Shown here in pieces: positions 26,060 to 38,284 of a stretch of DNA of 64,000 bases (positions within the stretch are counted from its first letter, which is position 1; every line of letters begins with the position of its first letter). Position numbers and translations under genes: made by a program. Below the pieces are notes generated by a model, which worked only from the letters and a program-made list of their open reading frames with translations, did not search any database and was not told where the DNA came from. Location: assembly GCF_006345805.1 (NCBI RefSeq), contig NC_042997.1, positions 28,458,001 through 28,522,000 of the forward strand, read 5' to 3'. The stretch comes from Octopus sinensis. Lineage: Eukaryota.

Positions 26060-26555
26060 GAGTGAGAGAGCAGTTCATGCCATCAAAGTGACACTGGGGT
26101 AAAATATACAAAGCCCAATATACCCATCATAACTACCCGTCTGATAAAAGTACACCAGGCACATGCATCACAACCATATGTGCGCGACATGGTGATCTCA
26201 TATCAAGATAAACAGCACATGACCTTGCAGGTGGGGCCCAGTTAGAATTTTCTTCAGGTTGAGTAGCCCACCTGCTCAAACGGTCCCTGAATAAGGGTTG
26301 TTTAAGGATGTTGAAAGAACCACCCATGTTTCCAGAGGTGAACTATTCAAACCCCAAAGAATCCCTCTCAACACATGGCTATGATGCTCCCCCACTACTT
26401 CTGCTCGTGATCAGAGATGCACATATCGTCAGCCACTAAGGGACATGCTCAACTGGTTAAGGTCAAACAACTGACAAGTAAATCTGTGGTATTGAGCAGA
26501 AAATTTGCTGTAGCCCATCTTTTATACCAAGACAAAACAATGTACATGCTAACGC
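26060..26555 (-). mobile_element. Non-LTR retroelement 3' end flanked by (TAA)n on both sides (Dong/R4-like, inferred)
   Basis: Minus strand ends CTCTCTCACTC-AATAATAAT; (ATT)n tracts at 26037-26059 and 26556-26624; no ORF. Confidence 0.55.
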
Positions 26556-26625
<70 letters not shown>

Positions 26626-26699
26626 TTTAGTTTTATTTTATAGTAGCCTTAAATAAATCTAACCTTTGTACCCTTATTCGAACTCAGCTTATATAAGGC

Positions 26700-27260
26700 A
26701 ATACTGGCATCTCGACAACTTAAAATAGTTCAATTTAATTAAATCAGTATATAGTTTATATGTTCTTTATTCTCAGTTGCTCCATTATTAAATACCAGTT
26801 ACATCCAATTGACTACTCTCCATAGAAACCATATAATAAGTTAATATTTAGGTAAGTAATAAATAAATAAATATTAAGCTATTTCTTTGAAATTTTCTTT
26901 TCCTCCCTCTATTGTGGTATAAATTGGTATATACTCAATTTATTCAAATAAGTTTTATTCTTTTGTTAAAATTTCATTCTTAATAATCTTCTGGATTACC
27001 TAAATTTTAACTTTATAGAATAAGACAATATTATTTGAAATGAACTTTAGAAATTACTTGATTTATCTCTTTCTTCAATTGTTCTACACTCTTCATCTTA
27101 GTATTTATAAGGGCTTTGTAAATAAACCTAAACAAGTACCACTAAAAAACTATAAATATCATGTAGGGAGTAACAATAATAACTTCTTACACCTATAATA
27201 TAACCCTTACTTTTTAAAAATACAGATTAGTGTAAAACATGATTATTCCATAACTTAAAT
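26700..27260 (-). mobile_element. Highly decayed LINE RT fragment
   Basis: Only faint motif remnants (GVR...SPYMIF-like, F.YL-like) on the minus strand. Confidence 0.25.
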
Positions 27261-30200
27261 ATTCCTTTAGCTGATACCACAAATCAGTCTTGTATTGATA
27301 TCAGCTAAATAAGTAAATAGATAATTTTTAGTCTAATATATTTTGAATTATTATAATTTTTCTAAAAACCTTCTATATTGCTGTTAATAAGCTACATATA
27401 CTTTACCATAGTATTAGTAATTCAGATATTTTGTTTCCTTTTCATGGTGTTCTGCCCTACTTGATGAATTTTATTTTATTTCTTTATTATTTTAAAATTA
27501 GCCTCTGTTTATTTATAAAATTAATCTAATTTTTGTATCTCTATAAAATCATATTTACCTTATTTAAAACTATACTGGTATATTAACTAATAAAAAAACT
27601 CCTTAGATTATAATTTTATAAATATATATAAATAGCATGTTTTTTTGCTTAATTTATTAATTATTAATACCAGTTGTGATATGTGATTGGCTGGTATGTA
27701 TAACATAAAATGGTGTGGATATCACTGAACAGGTAATTTGAGGACTAGTTTGCAAACAAGTTTTGTCTTCCAAATTAAAGATTAAACAAAATCGATAGAA
27801 ATGTTTCATTTTTAAAGATTTTTATGTGTTATAGATTTAGCTAACATGCAATGATAATTCCATTTCACACTTTCATGTATGGGAATTTTCTGATTATCTT
27901 TTGCATTCTATTCTGAGAATGTTGATCTGAACTTGAATATGAAAAAAATTAACTTACTATCATTTAAGAATTCAATGTGGATTCATATATGATAACATTA
28001 AATATGAAGATTTATATGTGTTATTTTAGCAATGCTATAACAAAGTAAATTAACGTTTACAACATATGGAGTAGAATAGATTGCTATTCGAATGGCTGGT
28101 GAATGTTAATCGATTGCTATTCGAATGGCACGTGAACCTAGATTTGACAAGTTTATTCCATGAAATGCTTCGGAAGATTACAGACGTTTCTTACATCGCA
28201 GCAATGGACATAAGTAACGTATACAATTATGTGAAGTTTGAGCAAAATTTGTTCTAAAATGGATGTAATAATTTATTTATGATTGTCAACGTGGATTTCG
28301 GGAGGGGAAGAATGATTCCTAAGTAAGAGTGTGAAGTCAAGCAAAGAACCCCGACTCATTACCAGAATCATATTCCAGAGTTTTAGAAATAAATATATAT
28401 ATTGGTTACTTCCGTTTGTAAAGCCAGATGCTTCAAGACGTTCAAATTTATTGGAAAAGATAAAGGGAAAGCAATATACCAATCTGAAAATTAATAATCC
28501 AGCAGCAGAAAAATCGCTAAAAGTAAAACATCAAGGTTTACTCATTGGCTGTAATTGACTACATAGCATGTTATAAGAGCAGTCAATCTCTTCTCAAATC
28601 ACATACTCGGAATAAGAAAAAAGTTGTTTAATATAGAACTTATAAAATCTATGTGGTAAAAAGACTCGTTAATAATGGCTTCAAAACTTTTCATAATGAT
28701 GGTTATCAATCAGGATTTTCCTGTGTCGAAACAAGTGCCTTAAATGTGGAGTGCCTACATAAATCTAGGTTTAATGGGTTGTTTTGATATGTCTATCGCA
28801 AACTGTTTCGAATATAGTGACGTGCATTTTGTGATAGACACAATATAGAAATTAGTACATAATTAACTATTTAGAAATACATGTATAATGGTTCAAGTCA
28901 ACATATCTATACGCATAAACAAATCTATGGACATATTGCGACTAGGACAATAGTCCAACGTCGTATGTTTCCCCTTATATAGGCTAACGTCAGATTGTTA
29001 GCACTGCAAACGTATACACTAAATCAATATATTAGTCGCTTCGAGCTTCAGTCAGATTTTCGTTCATTTTGTTTAAATTCGTTTCTATTTAAAAATTACC
29101 CGTGTTTATTTTGTATGAAGGACATCTCATGACCATAGATTTTCGCAAGTTTCCTGGTCATCTCTTATTTATTTAATCAATGTACCTGTAAAAGATGTGA
29201 ACTTCGAAAGAACCACTTTTCTATTCCCTCAACATAGTCAAAAGAAGGAAATAACGCATAAACAACATCAAGTAATCAGATAAACTTACACATAATCAAT
29301 ATTTGTTCTATCTCAAAGGCGATATTTTCTCAGAAATTATACACGCTTGAACTAGTATTTCTGTTCGTTCCCTTAGATCTAAACACAAACTGTTCTGCAA
29401 TGAATATAATTTCTTTTATTATAGACTATATTTTAGTATATTCCAATATATTTGTATAACATAAATAAAAGCATCTTATTGAATATAGAATATTTTTAAG
29501 CGATTGCTCTTTTAACTCATCAAAAGACACCAGTAAATTCAGTTGCGGTTTTAATGTTCGTGTGAAAGAGATAAACTAACGGGGTGAAGCACCGGTGAAA
29601 CATTTTCAATTCATGTGTGCATTCCATTATCTTCAGATGATTAATAGCTTTCAGTAAGGCATGAATATCTTAACACCAAGTTTATTTTCGCTAAGTATAA
29701 GGGATAGTTGGTTAGGTTTAAATTAAGCCAGTTCATATCGTATAATTTCTATCCGATTTTACCGATTAGGGTCTGCAAATACAATCTGAAGCTTATTTGA
29801 ATAAAATCCGTATACGTCCCGTATATTTCTCCACATGTGAAATGTAGCAATTAAATCGCTGCTAATAGGATTGCATTATTACTGAATGAATTTCAGGAAA
29901 TTAAAATACCATAATGGCTTTTAAAATGCGACCATTATTCTTTCTTTGAGGTTGTTTTCTGGAGTTTTATTTTACTTTACATATTTCCCAAATAGTATTA
30001 ATTGATACGATTATTATAGCTAATATGATTATTAAATTTCCATCTTGTGGATAAGAACACAGTCAGTAAAAACAACAAATACATTGGAAATGATCATTAA
30101 ATGATAATGAAAATAATTATTACTAAAGTCAATATGATCCACTTCCATACAAAATCTATCGTGTCATACAAAATGCGATACAAAGCAAGAGCTGGTTGTG

Positions 30201-30274
30201 TGAATATAATGCACACCTCCTCCTCCTCTCTCTCCCACACACACGTATATATTTGCATGTATATATATATATAT

Positions 30275-30638
30275 GCAGGCGTGGCTATGTGGTAAGTAGC
30301 TTGCTCATCAACCACATGGTTCCAGGTTCAGTCCCACTGCATGGGCAAGTGTATTCTACTATAGACTTGTGAGTGGATTTGGTAGACGGAATATGAAAGA
30401 AGCCCGTCGTATATATGTATATTATATGTATATATATATGTGTATATGTATTTGTGTGACACTTGACAACTGATGCTGGTGTATTTACATCCGCGTAACT
30501 TAGCAGTTCGGCAAAATAATCCGATAGAAGAAGTACTCGGCTTACAAGGAATAAGTCCTGGGGTCGATTTGCTCCACTAAAGGCGATGCTCCAGCATGGC
30601 CGCAGACATATGACTGAAAAAAGTACAAGAGTAAAAGA
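30275..30638 (+). mobile_element. Full-length tRNA-derived SINE with internal (TA/TG)n and a LINE-like 3' tail
   Basis: Head GTGGCTATGTGGTAAG..GGTTCAGTCCCACTG, then GTGAGTGGATTTGGTAGACGG, microsatellite, GGGGTCGATTTGCT..GCTCCAGCATGGCCGCAG..GACTGAAA. Confidence 0.88.
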
Positions 30639-31194
30639 GAGAGAGCGAGTATATACATATATATATATATATATTTATATATAAGTAGACCCTATGTCTA
30701 ATTTTAATTTTGATTTTAATATGAATCCATCTCAGTTCAATATTCGTTCAAAAGTAACATATAAGTTTTACCATACATTAGTTTATGTATTAACTGATTA
30801 AGGTGCACCCTACTAACTTTTTCTTTAATTCCTTCTCATATCACATTCTAGAGTCACCCGGTGTACCACTGTTAGCTTCATTTCCATCCTCCCCTTTACT
30901 CATGTGTTTGTTTCCTATCTCCGTCGTACTTCGCCGAACAGCCATAACTCTATCTTCTTTTAGTCATAACCACTAACATTTGTGTTGCAGCAGCCTCCTT
31001 TATAATACCTGTCTCTACTCCCATTATTCTTATTATTATCTTCCAGATTATCAATCTTGGTATGAAAAGAAAAGCTATTGGAGCGGTGATACATACCGTG
31101 CGCACAGTTAAGTGTTTTCCTAAAGTATAGTGAGGCTTGCAATGCGTTGTTTATCCATGATTTTTAATGGAACTTAATCAATTTATTTTTAATA

Positions 31195-32095
31195 TCACCA
31201 TTAAGTTACTTATACTCCAGTGAAATTAAGAAATCAGCACGTAAGGGAACGAAACCCTCGAATCCATCGGTGCGCACATATGTCGCATATGTATTAACTT
31301 ATGCACACGTGGCTACATGCATAGATACAAACCATAGTCTATGCACACACAGACGACGGTCGATTTATATGAAAAAGAAAGTACGTAAAATATATGACCA
31401 CTTGCTTATCGGGAAATTTGTAAGTTCGATTAAAAGAATTATTATAGGTGATATTAAGAAATCAAGTCCTAAATAAACGAAACCCTTAAATCTATCAATG
31501 TACGCACACGCGCACACTCATGTAAGCGCATGCACATACAGACAGTCACATACTTATATGTGTATATGCGAGCTGGCAGAATCGTTAGCACGCAGGGCGA
31601 AATGCGTAGCCGTATTTCGTCTGCTGTCACGTGTTCTGGGTTCAAATTCCGCCGAGGTCGACTTTGCCTTTCGGGGTCGATAAATTAAGTACCAGTTACG
31701 CACTGGGGTCGATATAATCGACTTAATCCCTTTGTTTGTCCCCTCTATGTTTAGCCCCTTGTGGGTAGTAAAGAAATATATATACACACGTGCCTATGTG
31801 CATAGGTATGCCATGATCTATACACACTCAGACGAGTGTCGATGCATATGAAAAAGAAAGTGAACAAATCAGTGACCACTTCTTATCGGGAAATTTGTAA
31901 CTTCGGTTTTTTTTTTGGTAAAGATAATCAAAACAAATGTTCAGCATTTCGAGCCACTCACCCAATGAGTAAATCTTCCAAATTTGGTGAAAATCCGTCC
32001 TACTGTTCTCCGGTGAATTTGCAAACACACAAATAAACAGACAAAGAGGAATGATTACAATGCCTCGCTTTCGTTTACGCGCGCTCGGTGACTAG
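31195..32095 (+). mobile_element. Non-autonomous Helitron-like element with two internal subrepeats
   Basis: Subrepeats start GTGA.ATTAAGAAATCA at ~31220 and ~31449. The 3' part is AATTTGGTGAAAATCCGTCC..ACACACAAATAAACAGACA..GC-rich stem-like tract then CTAG|T. The 5' boundary is uncertain. Confidence 0.45.
31568..31778 (+). mobile_element. tRNA/CORE SINE inserted in the Helitron-like element
   Basis: GCGAGCTGGCAGAATCGTTAGCACG..GGTTCAAATTCC..GTCGACTTTGCCTT..GGGGTCGATAAATTAAGTACC..AGTAAAGAAATA. Confidence 0.88.
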
Positions 32096-32364
32096 TATTT
32101 TTTATTAATCATGGTGGAAGTAGTATCATCAATTTCTTCTTATCATTTTCTTCTCATTATTATTATTCTCGCAGTCGTTGATGTTATTTTTTTTATATTC
32201 ACACTTCTTTTCTGTTTGTAATTCTCTTTAATTTTATATTGTCGCTAGGCCTAAACTGACACAACTTGTCACTCAGCCAATATAACATGATAATGGCAAT
32301 TGTATGATTACTCGGCATCGTCCACATCAACCGCCTATTTCTACTCAGCTATTCATTCCCGCTA

Positions 32365-33045
32365 TCTTCTTCTCGCCCACCGTTCTTCTTCTTCTTTTCT
32401 TCTTCTTCTTCTTCTTCTTCTTCTTCTTCTTCTCCTTCCTCTTCTTCTTCTTCTTCTTCTTCTCCTCCTCCTCCTCCTCCTTATTCCTCTTCTTCTTTTT
32501 CCTTTTTCTTCCTCTTCTTCTTCTTTTTCTTTTTCTTCTTCTTCTTCTTCTTCTTCTCCTTCCTCTTCTTCTTCTTCTTCTCTCCTCCTCCTCCTCCTCC
32601 TCCTTATTCCTCTTCTTCTTCTTTTTCTTTTTCTTTTTCTTCTTCTTCTTCTTCTTCTTCTCCTTCCTCTTCTTCTTCTTCTTCTCTCCTCTCCTCCTCC
32701 TCCTCCTTATTCCTCTTCTTCTTCTTTTTATTTTTCTTCCTCTTCTTCTTCTTCTTTTTCTTTTTCTTCTTCTTCTTCTTCTTCTTCTTCTCCTCCCTCT
32801 TCTGTATCTTCTTCTTCTTCTTCTTCTTCTTCTCCTTCTTCTTCTTCTCTCCTCCTCCACTTCCTCCTCCTTCTTCTTCTTCTTCTTTTTCTTTTTCTTC
32901 TTCTTCTCCTCCCTCTTCTGTATCTTCTTCTTCTTCTTCTTCCTCTTCTCTTCTTCTTCTCCTCCTCCTCCTCCTCCTTCTTATTCTCTCCTCCTCCTCC
33001 TCCATCTTCCTCTTCTTCTTCTTCTTCTCTCCTTCCATTTCTAAT
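32365..33045. repeat. Compound (CTT)n/(CCT)n polypyrimidine tract with higher-order repeats
   Basis: Almost purine-free on plus for ~680 bp; TTATTCCTCTTCTTC recurs at ~32481, 32604 and 32708. The 246-298 aa ORFs here are artefacts. Confidence 0.95.
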
Positions 33046-33355
33046 GTTTCTTCTTGGCTTAACCATAACTTCATCTACTCTGATCCATTCTATTTACATT
33101 TTCACATTTCTTTGCTTCTTGTATCCTGACAACATAAAAAAAGCAAAATGTGTGACAGATTCACAATGTAAGATCGCATCTTTGATTTGGGTCTGAGGAA
33201 ATGCCACTCTAATCTATAAAACCGCAAATATTGCATTCATTTCCTTTTTTATGATCTTTTGCGTGAACTTGCGTTGAAAGCAGAATCAACTGCAGCTGAT
33301 CATTAAAGATGTGTTAAAGTCTTTCTCGTCTCCATATATTTATACACACACACAA

Positions 33356-33408
<53 letters not shown>

Positions 33409-33529
33409 TAATGCATCCATAGAAAAGAACAGGGTGCCCGAGAGGCAGAAGAAGGAACTACAAAAGAAGTTCAACATTAGACAGAAATTAATGCATTTAT
33501 TAAAGACGATCTAAAAGAAAAAAATTAAG

Positions 33530-34608
33530 GAACTGTTCTGCAACTATTACCACAGGGAAAAATATTGATCATGTTCACTATTGATAATGCTGATGGATAA
33601 CAGGGGACTGATTATAAATCAAATAGCCAATAGTATTAGCATATCCCATGAGGGAGTTGAGAATATTCTGCGCATTGAATTTGGCATGATGAAAGTTTCT
33701 GCTCGTTGAGTTGATTCGCCCCATGACACCTGATTATATGCACTCGAAGCTGATCACATCAGCGGAAAATGAAATATTGTTCGAGACGTATCCGTTTGGT
33801 TTCTTTCATAGTTTCCAAAACATACAAGAAAAATCTGGTTTCATCTGGATAATGATCGAGTATACAAGTAGGCGGTTGAGGTGGACAATGTATTGGAAGC
33901 TACACAAATGCCACAACGAGACGACACTGCATAGTGCCAACGGTCCCAGCAATGCCACCACGCTTCAGGACCAGTCACTGAAAGAGCCTGGGTTTCAAGG
34001 GCCCACAGCTTTTTAATATTCTCCCAAAGAGTCTGAGGAAATTGCACAAAGAAGATGTAGGGCTTTTGAAATCAAAGCTGGACCTCTTCCTGTCGAGAGT
34101 CCCAGATGAACCTACCTCACGGCAAGAGGTGCAAATCAGAGTAGCTATATCGATCTCCATTCTTCACCAAGTGCCACATATTAGAGGAGGCTCTTAGTAA
34201 TAACAGTGTAGCAAAACGGCGGAGCATCAGCATGGACACAACTCTGAGATGAAACTAAAGAAAAAAGTCCTTGCTTTCAATGAGTGCCCCGTGTATGATA
34301 GTGGCCTTGATGTGGTTGAGCACCGTTCCTATTCGACTGATTTGTCCCCATCTAACTATGAACAATTTTCTAACATGTAAAATCACTTGGATGGGAAGAA
34401 ATATCACAGGGATAATGATGTCATAGAATTTTTTGAGGACTTTATAGACCAGCAGACTAAAATTTTATTCATTAATTTTATCCAAGCACAGCAACACCGA
34501 TGGAAAAAGCGTGTAGAGGTAGGGGGATCATGTATAATGATAAACTTCATTTAGTGACATTCCATGAGAGTGCCTTGGTCAGCCTATAAATTTATCAGGC
34601 CACCCTCG
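33530..34608 (+). pseudogene. Mariner transposase pseudogene interrupted by a LINE; right TIR intact
   Basis: NIDHVH..DNRGLIINQIANSISISH..ENILRIEFGMMKVSAR*V (WVPR region), then VEHRSYSTDLSPSNY (HPPYSPDLAPSDY motif) and HRWKKRVE. It ends TCAGGCCACCCTCG|TA. Confidence 0.85.
33885..34266 (+). mobile_element. 3' end of a CR1/L2-group LINE nested in the mariner
   Basis: HCIVPTVPAMPPRFRTSH*KSLGFKGPQLFNILPKSLRKLH..LKSKLDLFLSRVPDEPTSRQEVQIR, then CAGCATGGAC..GAAACTAAAGAAAAAA tail. Confidence 0.85.
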
Positions 34609-35418
34609 TATGACCATAGAACCAAGCAGACTGCTTCATATCAGCAATATTAATATTCCTTGATAGTAGCCTCTCCTCGAACTGCGATGTGTACATTAAC
34701 TCAAAAACAGACTGCTACTCTTTCCTTCTCGAAAAACAAGATATTGCTAATATACATCTGATGATCAACAAAAGGTTAAGTGTGTCTCTAACCTTCCACA
34801 TCGAGAGACAAAGTGCCGACCAGTGTGAAAAATACATTACGCTTATCTTTTTCGTCTGTCTAAAAATGACCGCAATTCACTACATTTCCTAGAGATATGA
34901 AATTTTCGCGTATGCCACCTTCAACTCTTTCCACCGACATGATTCTCCGATGACCAATTGAACGTATATATATATATATATATTTACAAATAAAAAACTG
35001 ACGAAACATTCTAATACAAAGAGCAACTTGATGTATAAGCAAAAAGACTGATATTGTTGTTTGGGCCAGCGATTAAAGGTCGTGCACTGTTGTATAAAGA
35101 AGCTGTTCTTTAATGTTAATAAAGCAACATGTTAATATGGCAACAAGAATTTGGAAAAGGAGAACGTCTATGAATAAGAGATGGGCAAATTTCAACTCTC
35201 ATATTTAGGCTAGATATTTTAATACTTATCATAGTTGCAGCGGTTCCGTTGACTACTGACTTTCGTAAAAGCATGAAAAGATCTTGTTTTTCCCGGAAAA
35301 AAAGAAAATCAAAGGTGTTCCCATTCTCGACGCACTAACGACTTGTAGTAAACTGAAAACGTGCTAAGTTTTACAGGAATTCTCATTTTGTTTGTTCTTG
35401 TGATGCATACGTATACAT

Positions 35419-35808
35419 AATCACACGTACATAGGAAACGCAGAAACAGGTCCTGATATAAATAGCACTGACGTACACCTGTGCACGAAAGTAAAAGGCA
35501 CATATATTTTGGTACAATCACACGTACATAGGAAACGCAGAAACAGGTTCTGATATAAATAGCACTGACGTACACCTGTGCACGAAAGTAAAAGGCACAT
35601 ATATTTTGGTACAATCACACGTACATAGGAAACGCAGAAACAGGTCCTGATATAAATAGCACTGACGTACACCTGTGCACGAAAGTAAAAGGCACATATA
35701 TTTTGGTACAATCACACGTACATAGGAAACGCAGAAACAGGTCCTGATATAAATAGCACTGACGTACACCTGTGCACGAAAGTAAAAGGCACATATATTT
35801 TGGTACAA
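35419..35808. repeat. Minisatellite, 4 x 97 bp, nearly identical
   Basis: Units start at 35419, 35516, 35613 and 35710; one C>T substitution seen in unit 2. No spacers, so not CRISPR. Confidence 0.95.
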
Positions 35809-35905
35809 AGACAACAATTTCAGAAGAGGGGTTAAGAGGATTAAGCCAACCATGTGTTCAACTGTTACTTATTTTTTCGACCTCAAATGGAGGAAAGACC
35901 AAGCC
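35808..35905 (-). mobile_element. CORE SINE 3' fragment abutting the minisatellite
   Basis: Reverse complement reads CTTTCCTCCATTTGAGGTCGAAAAAATAAGTAACAGTTGAACAC. Confidence 0.55.
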
Positions 35906-36417
35906 TATCCCACATAGGTAAAGTCTATCTCACATACACATATATCCACATCAACCTATACATATAGACAAAATTAAAAAGAAAAACTGTAAAGATTTGA
36001 CTCGAACAAAAAATACAGGAAAGAACAGTTTGAATCGAACAAAAAGAATTGTAAAGAACTGTTTGACGTGAGCAAAATAGCAACTTTTTTGTGGTCGTAT
36101 TGAATAGTGAAATGTTTAAAAAATTAATATAAAAGGACGAAAATCATACACACTAAAGAAAGAAAAATCTACACTTCTGGAAGATGCTAACCTTTAATGA
36201 AACTCGTCACACTTCGAAGATTATACTTGTGAAATCAGAAATCAGTTTGGCAGTTGAAAAACATCTAATGAGCAAAACGGATAATGTAGCCCTACAATCA
36301 TACGTATAAAATGAATTTGGATTTTAGTATTTTACCACATTTCTGTGAAAAATGTTACATCATTGTTCAAAAATATCATTAAGGTAATAGCTGCTATGCT
36401 AAAATCCTTCTATTTTT

Positions 36418-36625
36418 GTATTCTTTTACACGTTTCAGTCATTTGGCAGCAGCCATTCGGGAGCCCCGTCGAAAAGGGTTTTGGTCGTAGAAATCGACCA
36501 AAGACTTATTGCTAGTAAGCTTAGTACTTATTCTATCGGATCCTTATGCCGAACCACTAAGTTACGGGGATATAAACACACCGACGTCGGTTGTCAAGCA
36601 ATTGCAGAACGAAAACACACACATA
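36418..36625 (-). mobile_element. SINE 3' half (family of 30275-30638)
   Basis: Reverse complement contains TTGACAACCGACGTCGGTGTGTTTA..CCCCGTAACTTAGTGGTTCGGC..GATAGAATAAGTAC..GACTGAAAC. Confidence 0.8.
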
Positions 36626-36680
36626 TGTATGTATGCATATGTATGTTTGCATATATATACATGTATGTATATATATATAA

Positions 36681-36719
<39 letters not shown>

Positions 36720-36886
36720 TATATATATATATATATAGTAAAAGTAATTAAGATTCAAGTCAGTTTCTAATGAATTCACTTGAATGCGGTACTTAACTTA
36801 GATGCACCAGAAAACTATATGGTATTAACCATACAATAATGTGGGGTGATTATAAACGAGAAAAAAGCAACAAGAATGAATTAGTT

Positions 36887-36976
36887 TTTTAGTACAATTG
36901 TTTCATACAAAGACAGGTTTATTAAAAGCTGCAAATATTGCAGCAAATACAAGTGTCCCGTACTCATCAGCTAAAA
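36887..36976 (-). ncRNA. Type-I hammerhead ribozyme with extended stem II
   Basis: Reverse complement of the plus-strand motif at 37289-37379; core identical. Confidence 0.8.
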
Positions 36977-37288
36977 CACATATGAGTTCTCCAAACATCT
37001 TAGTGGGTGAGGCTACACTCATGAAGTATCGGAGATAATTCTATAAAAAGCAAATTCAGGTTGTAAGCGGACTTCCAAAGTTCTTTAATGATGATGCACA
37101 GTCTTATAACAGGTTTTAAAAAAGCTTATTAGCTTCACAGAGAAGGTGAATCAATCCATAATGTAGGTGCAAATTTCCAGAGAAATTTGGAAGTCCGCTT
37201 ACAACCTGAATTTGCTTTTTATAGAATTATCTCCGATACTTCATGAGTGTAGCCTCACCCACTAAGATGTTTGGAGAACTCATATGTG

Positions 37289-37379
37289 TTTTAGCTGATG
37301 AGTACGCGACACTTGTATTTGCTGCAATATTTGCAGCTTTTAATAAAGCCTGTCTTTGTATGAAACAATTGTACTAAAA
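37289..37379 (+). ncRNA. Type-I hammerhead ribozyme with extended stem II
   Basis: TTTTAG CTGATGA [GTAC..GACA..CTTGTATT..GCTGCAA tat TTGCAGC..AATAAAG..TGTC..GTAT] GAAAC AATT GTA CTAAAA: 6-bp stem I, palindromic loop III, GUA triplet. Confidence 0.82.
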
Positions 37380-37450
37380 AACTAATCCATTCTTGTTGCT
37401 TTTTTCTCGTATATATATATATATATATATTTACACATATACAATATATA

Positions 37451-37507
<57 letters not shown>

Positions 37508-37657
37508 TACGACTAGCTTCTTTCAGCTTCTGTTTACGAAATCCACTCACAAGGCTTTGGTAGCTTAGAGGCTGTAGTAAAAGACTGTTGCGCAATGTTG
37601 CCACGTAGTGGGACTGAACCTGGAAACGTGTGGTTTAGAAGCAAGTTTCTTATCACA
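37508..37657 (-). mobile_element. SINE 5' half (family of 30275-30638)
   Basis: AATCCACTCACAAGGCTTTGG..AGTGGGACTGAACC is the reverse complement of the SINE head. Confidence 0.8.
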
Positions 37658-38284
37658 AAGTTATCGTAATCAGTCTACTACTTAATATGTAGATCAACTT
37701 TCTTACTCATACCACTGAATATGTAGATTTTGTTACTCAGACCAATTAGATATACCTTCAATAAAGGATTGACTTTGTATATGGAAAAATCTGTTTAAGC
37801 ATGCATTATTTTGTGATGTTTTTTGGTGTTGTAAAGTAAAAATGGACTGAGTTGAACTAAAGAGCATGACATTTTGATGTTTGACTCTAAGTACATTATG
37901 CTATGCGAACTCAAGTATTTTCAGCACGGATCGATTGACGTAATAGATTTAAGTGTCTTTAAAATCGGTTGATAAAATAGGAATCTCAGAAAATCGAACT
38001 TGCACATTATTTGATTACGAAGCTCATCTCAGCATTTCTTTTTCTTGATATTCTTCTGTTTAATTTTGACCAGATATTAATTATTTTGTTGAAATATGTT
38101 AAAATACATATTTCAACATATACGAATATATTTAAAAAACAAAAACAAAATTGAATACGTCTTAGCACAAATGATATTCTAGCATCATGTTTGGTAAGAA
38201 ACCATTTGTATCATCTGCATTACTCTTACATCTTCCATACAATTAATGTAATGAAAATCACCAACGCTATCAAATTCAGCAGAA

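Larger units (their letters stand above)
36856..37410. mobile_element. Fold-back element: ~224-bp inverted arms around a ~106-bp spacer, a long-stem-II hammerhead in each arm
   Basis: 36856-37079 versus 37186-37410 show only 3 differences by eye. Confidence 0.9.

Noticed and set aside
28331-28558. 75-aa ORF
   Set aside because: No recognisable homology or convincing exon boundaries.
32300-33196. Longest ORFs (246-298 aa)
   Set aside because: They are translations of CTT/CCT microsatellite with no unique coding content.
35419-35808. CRISPR-like regular array
   Set aside because: Units are contiguous and identical with no variable spacers; eukaryotic context.
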